Origin: Minisyncoccota bacterium
GTDB taxonomy: Bacteria > Patescibacteriota > Minisyncoccia > Phycocordibacterales > JAQTLZ01
Assembly: GCA_028711065.1 (NCBI GenBank)
Contig: JAQTSY010000003.1
Span: 65,136 to 129,135, forward strand
Reading direction: 5' to 3'
DNA length: 64,000 bases
Shown here: piece after piece, positions 36,711 to 46,056 of the stretch
Layout of the letters: every line of letters starts with the position of its first letter
Numbering within the stretch: position 1 is the stretch's first letter
The notes under the pieces: generated by a model
The model's database searches: none
The model's input: only the letters and a program-made list of their open reading frames with translations
What the model was told of the DNA's origin: nothing
Program-made: the position numbers and the translations under genes

Positions 36711-36778
36711 TTATAGCTTATTAGCTAAGAACTTCTACCTCAAAACACGAAACAAAACCCAAAAATAGCATCAAAAAC

Positions 36779-37000
36779 TTACTTTTTCGCTGCTGCTTTT
36801 GCTTTCTTTTCTTTCTTGGCAATTTTTGCCAAAACATCTACCACCACCCGGCCTTTGTATTTGCCGCAATTGGTGCACATGGTGTGATTCATACGCATTG
36901 CGCCGCAATCAGGGCACTTCGATACGCGCATCGAAACGAGCGCATGATGTGAGCGCCTGTTTCCTGTATGAGCACGTGTATGTCGCATTCGTACTACCAT
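36779..37000 (-). CDS. rpmF: 50S ribosomal protein L32
   Basis: RRSH, CPDCG..H..CTNCGKYKGR. Confidence 0.93.
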   Translation of the reverse strand: MVVRMRHTRAHTGNRRSHHALVSMRVSKCPDCGAMRMNHTMCTNCGKYKGRVVVDVLAKIAKKEKKAKAAAKK

Positions 37001-37054
37001 ATTGCGAATAGTATACTCAATTTACAGAAAAACACAACACTTAAGAGATGTGTG

Positions 37055-37090
37055 AAGCCCTCCCGAACAATCTTGTTGAGGGAGGGCTTT
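37055..37090. terminator. Hairpin/terminator
   Basis: AAGCCCTCCC..GGGAGGGCTT. Confidence 0.6.
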
Positions 37091-37099
37091 TACGACGGG

Positions 37100-37558
37100 T
37101 TACATGCGCGATTTTGCGCGCCTACGAGGAACGTCCGAATGAGGCGAGGCGTGAGTGGAGGGTCTGTGCTTGGCCTTTGCACTCCCCTCCTTCTTCTGGT
37201 CTTTTGCCTCATCTTCTTCCGATTTCGGCGGCCCAATCGAAGCAATAAAATCCTTGCCGTGACTTTGCCACCTGAAATGAAACGTCTTGCCGAGCTTCCC
37301 CTCAGTGCAACTTTCAGCGCCACAAGGGATGGTGAATTTGCACTCATTACCACTCGCCTTTCTTGGAGTTCCTGCGCCGACCGTAATGTTAGTCGACGGG
37401 CCTTCGGCCAGATGTACTTCGATGGTCTGAGTATCTGCACCCAAGCGCAGAAACGAGATCAGACCTTCGAGCGAGACCGTACCGGACATCTCCCAGCAAA
37501 ACACCCCTCCCTCAAGGACGAGAAGGTCGGCCTCAAGTATCGGCTGCTTGAGAGCCAC
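37100..37558 (-). CDS. Hypothetical protein
   Basis: GGAGGTG SD before GTG; fills the rnhB-rpmF gap; followed by a hairpin. Confidence 0.55.
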   Translation of the reverse strand: MALKQPILEADLLVLEGGVFCWEMSGTVSLEGLISFLRLGADTQTIEVHLAEGPSTNITVGAGTPRKASGNECKFTIPCGAESCTEGKLGKTFHFRWQSHGKDFIASIGPPKSEEDEAKDQKKEGSAKAKHRPSTHASPHSDVPRRRAKSRM

Positions 37559-37630
37559 AATTTCACCTCCAATCTGCGCAAGAGCGCAACAAAACGAGAC
37601 GTGTTCCTCACAAGGAACTTACCCTTTTCA

Positions 37631-38236
37631 TTATACTGTAATTAGACCCTTAAGAAAGCTCTGACGATGGATATCCGAAGGTCCATGCTTTTTTATGGCT
37701 CTGTAATGGGCTTTTGTGCCGTAGCCTTTGTGAATCTCGAAACCGAATTCGGGGTATTTTTTTGAGAGTCGAGCCATCTTTTTGTCACGGTGGACTTTGG
37801 CAATAACCGATGCAAGAGAAATGATTTTTACTTTCCTGTCGCCCCTGATAATTGTTTTCTGATTTTTGAATTCTTTGGGAGCATAGAGCGAGCCGTCTAA
37901 GAAGATTTCACATTCGCTCGGAATTGCTTCGAGTTTTTTCAAGCAGTTTTTGAGCGCGCGCCGTACGGCGCGCGCCAGCCCAATCTTGTCTATAGTGAAA
38001 TTTTGGACTGAAGAAATAGAAAACTGAATGACACCTTTTTCTTTTTCTGATTTCGCGATTTTTGACCACTCCTCACGTGCCCTTTCTGTAAGCTGTTTCG
38101 AATCCCTTACCCCGCGAAAAATTTCCGAGAAATTTTTCGCGGCCCCCTTCTCCACCATAACAGCGCACAAAGTCACCGGCCCAGCAAGTGGCCCCCGTCC
38201 CACCTCATCGATTCCAATACTATACTTGACGCTCAT
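37631..38236 (-). CDS. rnhB: Ribonuclease HII
   Basis: GIDEVGRGPLAGPV, DSKQL, ASVIAKVHRD, HKGYGT. Confidence 0.97.
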   Translation of the reverse strand: MSVKYSIGIDEVGRGPLAGPVTLCAVMVEKGAAKNFSEIFRGVRDSKQLTERAREEWSKIAKSEKEKGVIQFSISSVQNFTIDKIGLARAVRRALKNCLKKLEAIPSECEIFLDGSLYAPKEFKNQKTIIRGDRKVKIISLASVIAKVHRDKKMARLSKKYPEFGFEIHKGYGTKAHYRAIKKHGPSDIHRQSFLKGLITV

Positions 38237-38331
38237 CTAAAAATCTTATCATGCTTTTTTGCACTTTTAATATGTGATAAATTATTACAAGGAACGGGCA
38301 CATCAAAAACATACATCAAGGAGAAGCGAGC

Positions 38332-38808
38332 ATGAAAAAAAATACCCCAAAAGTGTGGGTTGAAGGGAGAAAGCCGATGCACGGACAGGTTGTTCTCAAG
38401 GGAAAATCGGAGGACCCTGGCCTTAATCGGCTGGGAGATAGGTGGGAAGCCAGAGTCACTGTAAACCACAAGACATCGGACTTGACCGGGGCACTTCTCA
38501 TCGAGAAAGGCGGTCGAACACACCCCCGAGGAGTGACCGGAAAGTTGGTGGGAAACAGATTTTGGTTCCTGCTACAAGGAAACCGGGAGGGAGGAAGTGT
38601 TATCTTCGTCCTTGAGCGGGATGGGGAGAAAATGAATTGCCGAGGGTTGTGGGCGTTTCTTAGATTCCTTCGTTACGAAGATGTGGCGCAAGAATCACTG
38701 ACGGAAATTGCAGAAGGACTCCAAGAGACTGCACTCGGTGGAAAGACTGAATGCACTCTTCCACGTCCTACGGGAAAATGCCGCGCATTCCGTGATGAAG
38801 AAAAATGA
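38332..38808 (+). CDS. Hypothetical protein
   Basis: SD AAGGAG, 158-aa ORF. Confidence 0.55.
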   Translation: MKKNTPKVWVEGRKPMHGQVVLKGKSEDPGLNRLGDRWEARVTVNHKTSDLTGALLIEKGGRTHPRGVTGKLVGNRFWFLLQGNREGGSVIFVLERDGEKMNCRGLWAFLRFLRYEDVAQESLTEIAEGLQETALGGKTECTLPRPTGKCRAFRDEEK

Positions 38809-38937
38809 GTACATTCCGTGTGCTGTAACGACCCGCCTTTACCGGTTGGTCGTTTTTCTTGTTCCATCATTGACGAACGAGTACTGGATGCTATCTTTAT
38901 GCGAGGAAAAAGCACAAAAAACCACGGGGAGGACACC

Positions 38938-39255
38938 ATGAGCGCAAGTAGACGCATCAATCCCAGATTTGCGATCGGAGCAGCAATCGGGCGAGAAAGA
39001 AAAGAACGCGGAATATCGCGGGAAGAATTCGTTCGTAAAGTGAAGGTGGATAGGATAGACGCGGATCTCCTCGAGGAAATCGAGAAAGGCGAAGAAAACT
39101 TGGAAATCGCCAGTTGGAGATTCATCATCAAGTCCGCGGAGGTCTTGGGGATGTCACTGGAGGAGTTACTCATAAGTGCCCGCCCAGCAGAAATCTCCAT
39201 GGAGCGATTTCTGTTGGAACTTTTCTGTGACGAGATAAGAGAACGTCACGAATAG
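38938..39255 (+). CDS. XRE-like helix-turn-helix protein
   Basis: IG..RKERGISREEF..L.EIEKGE..I..AEVLGMSLEELL; SD GGAGG before ATG 38938. Confidence 0.7.
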   Translation: MSASRRINPRFAIGAAIGRERKERGISREEFVRKVKVDRIDADLLEEIEKGEENLEIASWRFIIKSAEVLGMSLEELLISARPAEISMERFLLELFCDEIRERHE

Positions 39256-39306
39256 CAAAATGACCCGCCTTTAAGCCGGTCATTTTTTTGTTATACTACA
39301 TCCACA

Positions 39307-42300
39307 ATGCCCTCGAAATTCGTCCATCTCCATACTCATAGCCATTATTCCCTACTCCAAGCCCTGCCAAAAATCCCAGAGCTCGTTTCGGCGGCAAAAG
39401 ATGCTGGGATGAATGCCCTTGCTCTTACCGACAATGGAAATCTCTATGGTGCCATCGAATTCTATCAAGCATGCAAAAAAGCTGGGATAAAACCCATCAT
39501 CGGCGTTGATGCGTACGTGGCGCTTCGCACTCGGCAAGACAAACAGGCCGGCGTAGACAACAGGCGCACTCGGCTCGTCCTTTTGGCAAAAAGCGAAACG
39601 GGATATAAAAATTTGATACAACTTGTCACTCGCGCAAACATCGAGGGCTTTTATTACCGGCCTCGCATTGATAGAGAGCTTCTCAAGCAAAATCATAATG
39701 GTCTTGTCTGCATCATGCCCGCTTTTAATGGAGAACTTTCTGAAGCGTTAAAAATCCACGATACGGAGAAAGCAAAAGAAATCGCTCATTGGTATCAGGA
39801 AATTTTTGGCCGTGATCTCTATCTCGAGATCACTCATCACCCGGAAATTGAAGGACATGAAGCGCTCGTGAAAGAAATCGTAGAATTTGGAAAAGCGGAA
39901 AAAATCCCCATCGTCGCCACGAATGATGTCTATTATCTTTCGCCGGATGACAGAAAAGCGAGGAATACGCTTCTCTCCATACAAAATAATGGCGAAGTGG
40001 GAGAACGAAATGCGTTCGGAGATGACGAACCCGATCTTTCTTTTATCAAAGAATCACAAGCGGAAGAATTTTTCAAAGATTTTCCTGAAGCTGTCGAAAA
40101 TACAATTAAAGTTGCCGAAAAATGTAATTTGGAATTGACGCTTGGGACGTGGTATTTCCCTGATATGAAAATTGAATCCGGCCGGACACCTGATGAAGAA
40201 TTGCGCCACCTCGTCATTGAAGGCCTCAAAACTCGCAAAATGGAAGAGACGGAAGAAGTGAAAAAACGATACGAATATGAGCTTGAGGTCATCAAAAATA
40301 AAGGATACTCAAAATATTTCCTCGTCGTGGGAGACCTTTTGCGTTTTGCACATGAAAATAAAATTTTAACTACCATTCGAGGTTCGGTCGCAGGCTCGCT
40401 CGTTACCTATCTCGCCGGCATCACCAATGTGAATCCGCTTGAATACAAAATTCCGTTCGAACGATTCTTAAACCCAGAACGACCCTCCGCGCCCGATATT
40501 GACATGGATTACGCCGATAACCGCCGAGACGAAGTGATCGCCTACGCTCGCAAAAAATACGGTGAGGAACACGTCGCGCAGATCGGAACATTCGGAACGA
40601 TGATGGCTCGAGGCTCTGTCCGCGACGTTGCCCGAGCACTTGGTTTTGCATATTCCGAAGGTGATCGCTTGGCAAAACTTATTCCAATGGGCGCACAAGG
40701 ATTTCCCATGACCATCGATCGCGCACTCGAAGATGTTCCGGAACTCAAAGAAGCATATGACAAAGAGGCCGATGCAAAAACCATCATCGATATGGCAAAA
40801 AAAATCGAGGGTTGTGCCCGACACGTGGGAGTCCATGCTGCTGGAGTTGTGATTGCGCCCACTCCCCTTACCGATTACACCCCGCTTCAGTTTGATCCCA
40901 AAGGCGAAGGAAAAATCATTACTCAATACGACATGTACAGCGTCGGAGAAGACGGCGTGGGACTTCTGAAATTCGACTTTCTTGGAATTAAAAATCTTTC
41001 GATTCTTGCAAGTTCCGTTGATCTCGTAGAGAAAATTCTGGGCCAGAAAATCGATATTGAGCATGTTCCGCTCAATGACAAGAAAACATTTGAAATGCTG
41101 GCACGCGGAGAAACGATCGGACTTTTCCAATTGAACGGTTCGGGCCTTACGAAATTTTTGAAAGACCTTCGCCCTTCAACAATTCTTGATATAAACGCAA
41201 TGGTGGCGCTGTATCGCCCAGGACCGCTTGAATCAATCCCCCGCTATATCGAGCGCAAGCATAATCCCCTCCTCATCCGCTATCTTGATCCGCGAATGAA
41301 AGATATTCTTGATCAAAGTTACGGAGTGATCACCTATCAGGATGACGTGCTTCTCATTGCCGTAAAGATCGGAGGTTATTCATGGCTTGAGGCAGACAAA
41401 CTTCGAAAAGCTATGGGAAAGAAAATTCCAGCTGAAATGGAAGCACAGAAAGAGAAACTCCAGTCAGCTTTCGTAAAAAATGGAATGAGTAAAGAAAAAG
41501 CGGAAGAACTTTGGAAACTGATCGAACCTTTCGCTGCATACGGATTCAACAAAGCCCACGCTGCGAGCTATGGACGTGTCGCCTACCAGACCGCATATAT
41601 GAAAGCGAATTTCCCTGCTATTTATATGGCGGCAGTGCTCACAGCCGACGCCGGAGATGTGGAGAAAATCGCTGAGTTCATCGCGGAATGCAAGCGCATG
41701 GGAATTCCCGTGCTTCCTCCGTCTATCAACGAAAGTTTCCAGGATTTTACTGTCGTCAAAAATCCCGCGGGAACCAATCAAATCAGATTTGGATTAAACA
41801 CGATTAAAAATTTCGGCGAGGGTATTGCGAAAGTAATCATCGAAGAAAGAAAAACGAACGGGCAGTTCAAATCCCTTGTCGATTTTCTCGATCGCATCAA
41901 AGACAAAAATTTAAATAAAAAATCACTTGAAGCACTCATCAAATGCGGAGCAATGGACGAACTTGGCGAGCGAGGCACAATGCTCGGAAATCTTGAAGAC
42001 ATCCTTACTTATAACAAAGAGAAAAATAAGATCAAGAATCAGGATTCCCTTTTCGGCGGAATTGCGGGCGAGCATGAGAATCTCACGTTGAAATCGATGC
42101 CTCCTGCGGAACAAAAAGACAAGCTGGCGTGGGAAAAAGAGCTTCTCGGCCTCTATGTGTCCGGCCACCCACTCGATAATTTCAAAGAAAAGCTTGCGGG
42201 AAAAATTTCCATTCAGAAAATAAAAGAGACAATGAAAGAAGGCATGATGACCGTCGTCTCTGGAATTGTCGAAGAAGTAAAACCGATACAGACCAAAAAA

Positions 42301-42486
42301 GGCGATCAAATGGCATTTATAAAGCTCTCCGATATGAGCGGAACGATGGAGGTGGTCGTTTTCGCCCGCACCCTTGCAGAATTTAAAGCATTCCTTCTTC
42401 CCGAAGCCTGCATAGCGATTAAAGGCAAGGTTTCAATGCGAAATGGAGAATTTTCGCTTCTCTCTGAAGCAGTGAAAAAACTTTGA
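39307..42486 (+). CDS. dnaE: DNA polymerase III alpha subunit
   Basis: PHP HLHTHSHYSL, RGSVAGS, PDIDMD, KFDFLG, YGFNKAHA. Confidence 0.98.
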   Translation: MPSKFVHLHTHSHYSLLQALPKIPELVSAAKDAGMNALALTDNGNLYGAIEFYQACKKAGIKPIIGVDAYVALRTRQDKQAGVDNRRTRLVLLAKSETGYKNLIQLVTRANIEGFYYRPRIDRELLKQNHNGLVCIMPAFNGELSEALKIHDTEKAKEIAHWYQEIFGRDLYLEITHHPEIEGHEALVKEIVEFGKAEKIPIVATNDVYYLSPDDRKARNTLLSIQNNGEVGERNAFGDDEPDLSFIKESQAEEFFKDFPEAVENTIKVAEKCNLELTLGTWYFPDMKIESGRTPDEELRHLVIEGLKTRKMEETEEVKKRYEYELEVIKNKGYSKYFLVVGDLLRFAHENKILTTIRGSVAGSLVTYLAGITNVNPLEYKIPFERFLNPERPSAPDIDMDYADNRRDEVIAYARKKYGEEHVAQIGTFGTMMARGSVRDVARALGFAYSEGDRLAKLIPMGAQGFPMTIDRALEDVPELKEAYDKEADAKTIIDMAKKIEGCARHVGVHAAGVVIAPTPLTDYTPLQFDPKGEGKIITQYDMYSVGEDGVGLLKFDFLGIKNLSILASSVDLVEKILGQKIDIEHVPLNDKKTFEMLARGETIGLFQLNGSGLTKFLKDLRPSTILDINAMVALYRPGPLESIPRYIERKHNPLLIRYLDPRMKDILDQSYGVITYQDDVLLIAVKIGGYSWLEADKLRKAMGKKIPAEMEAQKEKLQSAFVKNGMSKEKAEELWKLIEPFAAYGFNKAHAASYGRVAYQTAYMKANFPAIYMAAVLTADAGDVEKIAEFIAECKRMGIPVLPPSINESFQDFTVVKNPAGTNQIRFGLNTIKNFGEGIAKVIIEERKTNGQFKSLVDFLDRIKDKNLNKKSLEALIKCGAMDELGERGTMLGNLEDILTYNKEKNKIKNQDSLFGGIAGEHENLTLKSMPPAEQKDKLAWEKELLGLYVSGHPLDNFKEKLAGKISIQKIKETMKEGMMTVVSGIVEEVKPIQTKKGDQMAFIKLSDMSGTMEVVVFARTLAEFKAFLLPEACIAIKGKVSMRNGEFSLLSEAVKKL

Positions 42487-42549
42487 TTTTCGCCACACGA
42501 AAATCATGTCGAAAGATTTTTAGCCGAAGGCGTATAAAATTTTCGACAT
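42484..42549. repeat. Tandem hairpins (REP-like) after dnaE
   Basis: TGATTTTCG..CGAAAATCA and ATGTCGAAA..GCCGAAGGC..TTTCGACAT. Confidence 0.5.
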
Positions 42550-42561
42550 AAATAAACTTAT

Positions 42562-43014
42562 ATGAAAAAACCGTGGATTATTTTTGACTGGGGACGTACG
42601 CTTTACGATGCAGAAAATGCCGATCTATTTCCTGACACCATTGAAATCCTTGAGTATTTAAAAAATAAATACCGTTTAGCTATTGTCTCTTTGGCTAAAA
42701 AAGACGGAGATATTGAAAGACGAAAAGCTATTGTAAAAGAAAAGGACTTGGAAAAATATTTTGAATATATTGCTTTTACTGACGAAGACAAAGATGCTTT
42801 ATACGAGAAAACGGTACATCAATTCAAAATGAAGCCGGAAAAGACAGTGATTATCGACGACAGAATGTTCCGCGGAATACAGTGGGGAAATAAATTCGGA
42901 GCAACAACAATCTGGCTTCAAAAAGGAAAATTTGAGAATGAATTAGCGAATGAAGAAACCGGTCTCCCCACTTTTACAATCAAAAATTTGAAGGAGTTAA
43001 GGACTATCCTTTAA
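42562..43014 (+). CDS. HAD-family hydrolase
   Basis: IIFDWGRTL, AIVS, K, IIDDR; the second Asp of DxD is replaced by Gly. Confidence 0.8.
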   Translation: MKKPWIIFDWGRTLYDAENADLFPDTIEILEYLKNKYRLAIVSLAKKDGDIERRKAIVKEKDLEKYFEYIAFTDEDKDALYEKTVHQFKMKPEKTVIIDDRMFRGIQWGNKFGATTIWLQKGKFENELANEETGLPTFTIKNLKELRTIL

Positions 43015-43768
43015 TACTTGTAAGTTCCAAAAAGAGGAAAAGTGGAATTTCTTTGCGGGCTTTGTCTTCCGCTACTGCTCGCGGGCCTTTTTGGCTCGCC
43101 TTGTGGGAAATCCATTCTTCGAGGCGGGTTACGGCCAAATTATTTTTACGAAACATTTTGAAATAGACTTGGAACGAACGATGGAATGAGACTGTGTGTT
43201 CACTTTCTTTTTGGCCTGGATGCATATCAATCTCGGTGCGGGATTCGGAAAGATATTCATCTACTCGGCGAAATTGAATTTTCTTCTTCTCATCGAATTC
43301 CCAGCCAGATTTTTGCGGGATTCGAAACGCTGGATGGTTGAGAACCAGATAGAGCTTCCCTGCCTTACGCAGTATCCGAGCCGCTTCAGCAATTGTCTCA
43401 GAAAGTTTCTCGATATTTTGAAGCGCAAGAATGCAAACTACTTTATCGAAAGATTCATTCTTCTCGAATGAAATATCATCCGACGGCGCAACATGGAAAA
43501 TGGCTTCTTTGGGCGCATCTTTTCTAGCAATTTGGATAAGTTCCGGAGCGATATCGGATCCGACAACATTCGCTCCCGCTTTTACAAATTCGCGCGAAAA
43601 AAATCCCTGCCCGCAAGCAATATCAAATATCCACTCCCCTTTTTTGATATCCATAAGCCGAAGGAGGTTCGGCAAAATAACTTTAGTTTGGTAGCTGTCG
43701 GCATCCTTCGAAAGAAGTTCGTCATACCAGCCAGCCACGTTCCCCCATGAGGTATCTTTCTTTTTCAT
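43004..43768 (-). CDS. Class I SAM-dependent methyltransferase
   Basis: FDIACGQG, GSDIA, FDKV. Confidence 0.9.
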   Translation of the reverse strand: MKKKDTSWGNVAGWYDELLSKDADSYQTKVILPNLLRLMDIKKGEWIFDIACGQGFFSREFVKAGANVVGSDIAPELIQIARKDAPKEAIFHVAPSDDISFEKNESFDKVVCILALQNIEKLSETIAEAARILRKAGKLYLVLNHPAFRIPQKSGWEFDEKKKIQFRRVDEYLSESRTEIDMHPGQKESEHTVSFHRSFQVYFKMFRKNNLAVTRLEEWISHKASQKGPRAVAEDKARKEIPLFLFLELTSIKG

Positions 43769-43851
43769 AGGGGTACTTTAGCACAAATTGACCCGAAAAA
43801 TAGCTATGCTAGCATGGACGACAGGAAAACAACCTTCAAGGAGAATAAACC

Positions 43852-44157
43852 ATGCTGTCGGAAAATGACCCAGAAGAGGATAGAATCGCTATCCTTTTGG
43901 CCCAGCTTGCCCTGTCATACGAGAACAAACCGATTCTTCTTAAGTGCAACCCGCAGGGGGAAAGAAGAAAGCGCATCGAGGAGCTTCTCGAGAAGATAAA
44001 GCTCAACCTCGGAATTCTCGGTTTCGGGATGGGCAAAGAAGGTAGCAGTCTCTTGCCGGTGCCGGCAGGGTTCTGCTTTGTTCAAGCCCATCTCACGAAA
44101 ACATTTGGTCTGACACCTCCGCCTGAAAGGTGCTTCGTCGCGGAACTTAAGGAATGA
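43852..44157 (+). CDS. Hypothetical protein
   Basis: SD AAGGAG, 101-aa ORF, followed by a GCGACCCA..TGGGTCGC hairpin. Confidence 0.5.
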   Translation: MLSENDPEEDRIAILLAQLALSYENKPILLKCNPQGERRKRIEELLEKIKLNLGILGFGMGKEGSSLLPVPAGFCFVQAHLTKTFGLTPPPERCFVAELKE

Positions 44158-44257
44158 TTTCCTCTGTTTCTGCGACAAACACCCAAGCGACCCAAACAAC
44201 TGGGTCGCATTTTATTTCTCATTTTGAAAAAATACCAGAAATGCTATGATTACGGGC

Positions 44258-46003
44258 ATGAAATCTGAAGAGAAGCTCGAACATAAACGCCACTCGCTCG
44301 CCCACCTCCTCGGTGCAACAGTACTTGAAATGTACCCAAAAGCGAAATTGGCAATTGGCCCCGCGATTGAAAACGGTTTTTATTACGATATTGAATTGCC
44401 AGAGACTATAAGCGACAACGACCTTCCCAAAATCGAGAAGGCAATGGAGAAAATGCTTCCAACTTGGAAGGAATTTACTCATAAAGAAGTCACTGAAGCC
44501 GAAGCGAAAAAATATTTCAAAGGAAATCCTTATAAACTCGAACTCATCGAGGAAATTGCCGGCAAAGGTGAGAAAATAACGCTCTACACTGCTGGAGAAT
44601 TCACAGACCTCTGCCGAGGAGGACATGTTGAGCATCCAGCGAAAGAAATTGATCCGTTAGGATTTACCCTCGTGCGAGTAGCAGGAGCGTACTGGCGAGG
44701 AGATGAGAAAAATAAAATGCTTACTCGTATTTATGGACTAGCATTCGATACAAAAGAAGAACTCGAGGCATACGAAAAACAGATCGAGGAAGCGAAAAAA
44801 AGAGATCACAAAAAACTCGGCCGAGAACTTGACCTCTTCACATTCTCTGATCTTGTCGGAGCGGGACTTCCCCTTTGGACTCCTAAAGGGACAATGCTTC
44901 GCGACATTCTCGATAATTTCGTATGGGAACTCCGGCAGAAATATGGATACGAAAAAGTAGATATTCCGCATATCACCAAAAAAGACCTTTACGAGACTTC
45001 GGGACACTGGGAAAAATTTAAAACCGAACTTTTCAGGATCGAAACGCGCGAAGGCCACGAATTCGTGATGAAGCCGATGAACTGTCCGCATCACACGCAA
45101 ATCTACGCACGCAAACCATGGAGCTACCGAGAGATGCCCCAGCGCTACGCTTCGACTACGAAAGTCTATCGCGATGAGCAATCGGGAGAGCTCTCTGGAT
45201 TGTCACGAGTGCGTGCCATCACTCAAGATGATGCTCATGTTTTCTGCCGACAATCACAAGTAAAAGAGGAAATGGAAAAGATTTGGAATATCATCGAGAC
45301 ATTTTATGGAGCGTTTGGTTTTGCTCTACAGGTTCGCCTCTCGCTTCACGATTCCCAAAATATGAAAGCGTATCTCGGAGATGAAGCGACGTGGCTGAAA
45401 GCAGAGAACGAACTTCGCGAACTTATTAAAGAAAAGGTGGCAAAAGCTATCGAAGCGCCGGGTGAGGCTGCGTTTTACGGACCGAAAGTGGATTTCATGG
45501 CTAAAGATTCTATTGGGCGAGAATGGCAAGTGGCGACAATACAACTCGATATGAATATGCCGGAGCGATTTGATCTGACCTGTACGAATGAAAAAGGCGA
45601 GAAGGAAAGGATTGTGATGCTTCACTGCGCTATTATGGGTTCAATCGAACGGCTGCTCTCCGTCCTCATCGAACATTATGCGGGCAACTTCCCTCTTTGG
45701 CTCTCCCCTGTCCAGGTGCGAGTATTGCCTGTCCGAGAATCCCACAATGAGTACGCGAAAGAAATTTATAAAAAACTTCGCGGAGCCGGAATTCGAGCGG
45801 AGGTTGCCCTTGAAGATATTGGGTTGGGGAAAAAAGTGCGCTCCGCAAAAGAAGAACGAGTTTCCTATTTCATAATTGTGGGAGATAAAGATATCGAAGC
45901 AAAGAAAGCAACACTCGAGCATCGCGAAAAAGGAAATCTGGGACAGATGAGTACGGAGGAAATCCTCCAGAAACTGATGGAAGAAATTAGGGAGAAAAAA
46001 TAG
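44258..46003 (+). CDS. thrS: Threonine--tRNA ligase
   Basis: HSLAHLL, DLCRGGH, RDHKKLG, KPMNCP, GSIER; start at MKSEEK. Confidence 0.98.
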   Translation: MKSEEKLEHKRHSLAHLLGATVLEMYPKAKLAIGPAIENGFYYDIELPETISDNDLPKIEKAMEKMLPTWKEFTHKEVTEAEAKKYFKGNPYKLELIEEIAGKGEKITLYTAGEFTDLCRGGHVEHPAKEIDPLGFTLVRVAGAYWRGDEKNKMLTRIYGLAFDTKEELEAYEKQIEEAKKRDHKKLGRELDLFTFSDLVGAGLPLWTPKGTMLRDILDNFVWELRQKYGYEKVDIPHITKKDLYETSGHWEKFKTELFRIETREGHEFVMKPMNCPHHTQIYARKPWSYREMPQRYASTTKVYRDEQSGELSGLSRVRAITQDDAHVFCRQSQVKEEMEKIWNIIETFYGAFGFALQVRLSLHDSQNMKAYLGDEATWLKAENELRELIKEKVAKAIEAPGEAAFYGPKVDFMAKDSIGREWQVATIQLDMNMPERFDLTCTNEKGEKERIVMLHCAIMGSIERLLSVLIEHYAGNFPLWLSPVQVRVLPVRESHNEYAKEIYKKLRGAGIRAEVALEDIGLGKKVRSAKEERVSYFIIVGDKDIEAKKATLEHREKGNLGQMSTEEILQKLMEEIREKK

Positions 46004-46011
46004 ATTCAAAC

Positions 46012-46054
46012 AGAAAGCCGCGCGACCCTTAAGGGTCGCGCGGCTTTTCTTTTT
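46012..46054. terminator. Bidirectional terminator
   Basis: AAAGCCGCGCGACCC TTAA GGGTCGCGCGGCTTT. Confidence 0.8.
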
Positions 46055-46056
46055 AA

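Noticed and set aside
39307-42486. Alternative genetic code (UGA=Gly) as in some CPR lineages
   Set aside because: Core genes are full length under the standard bacterial code and dnaE ends at TGA
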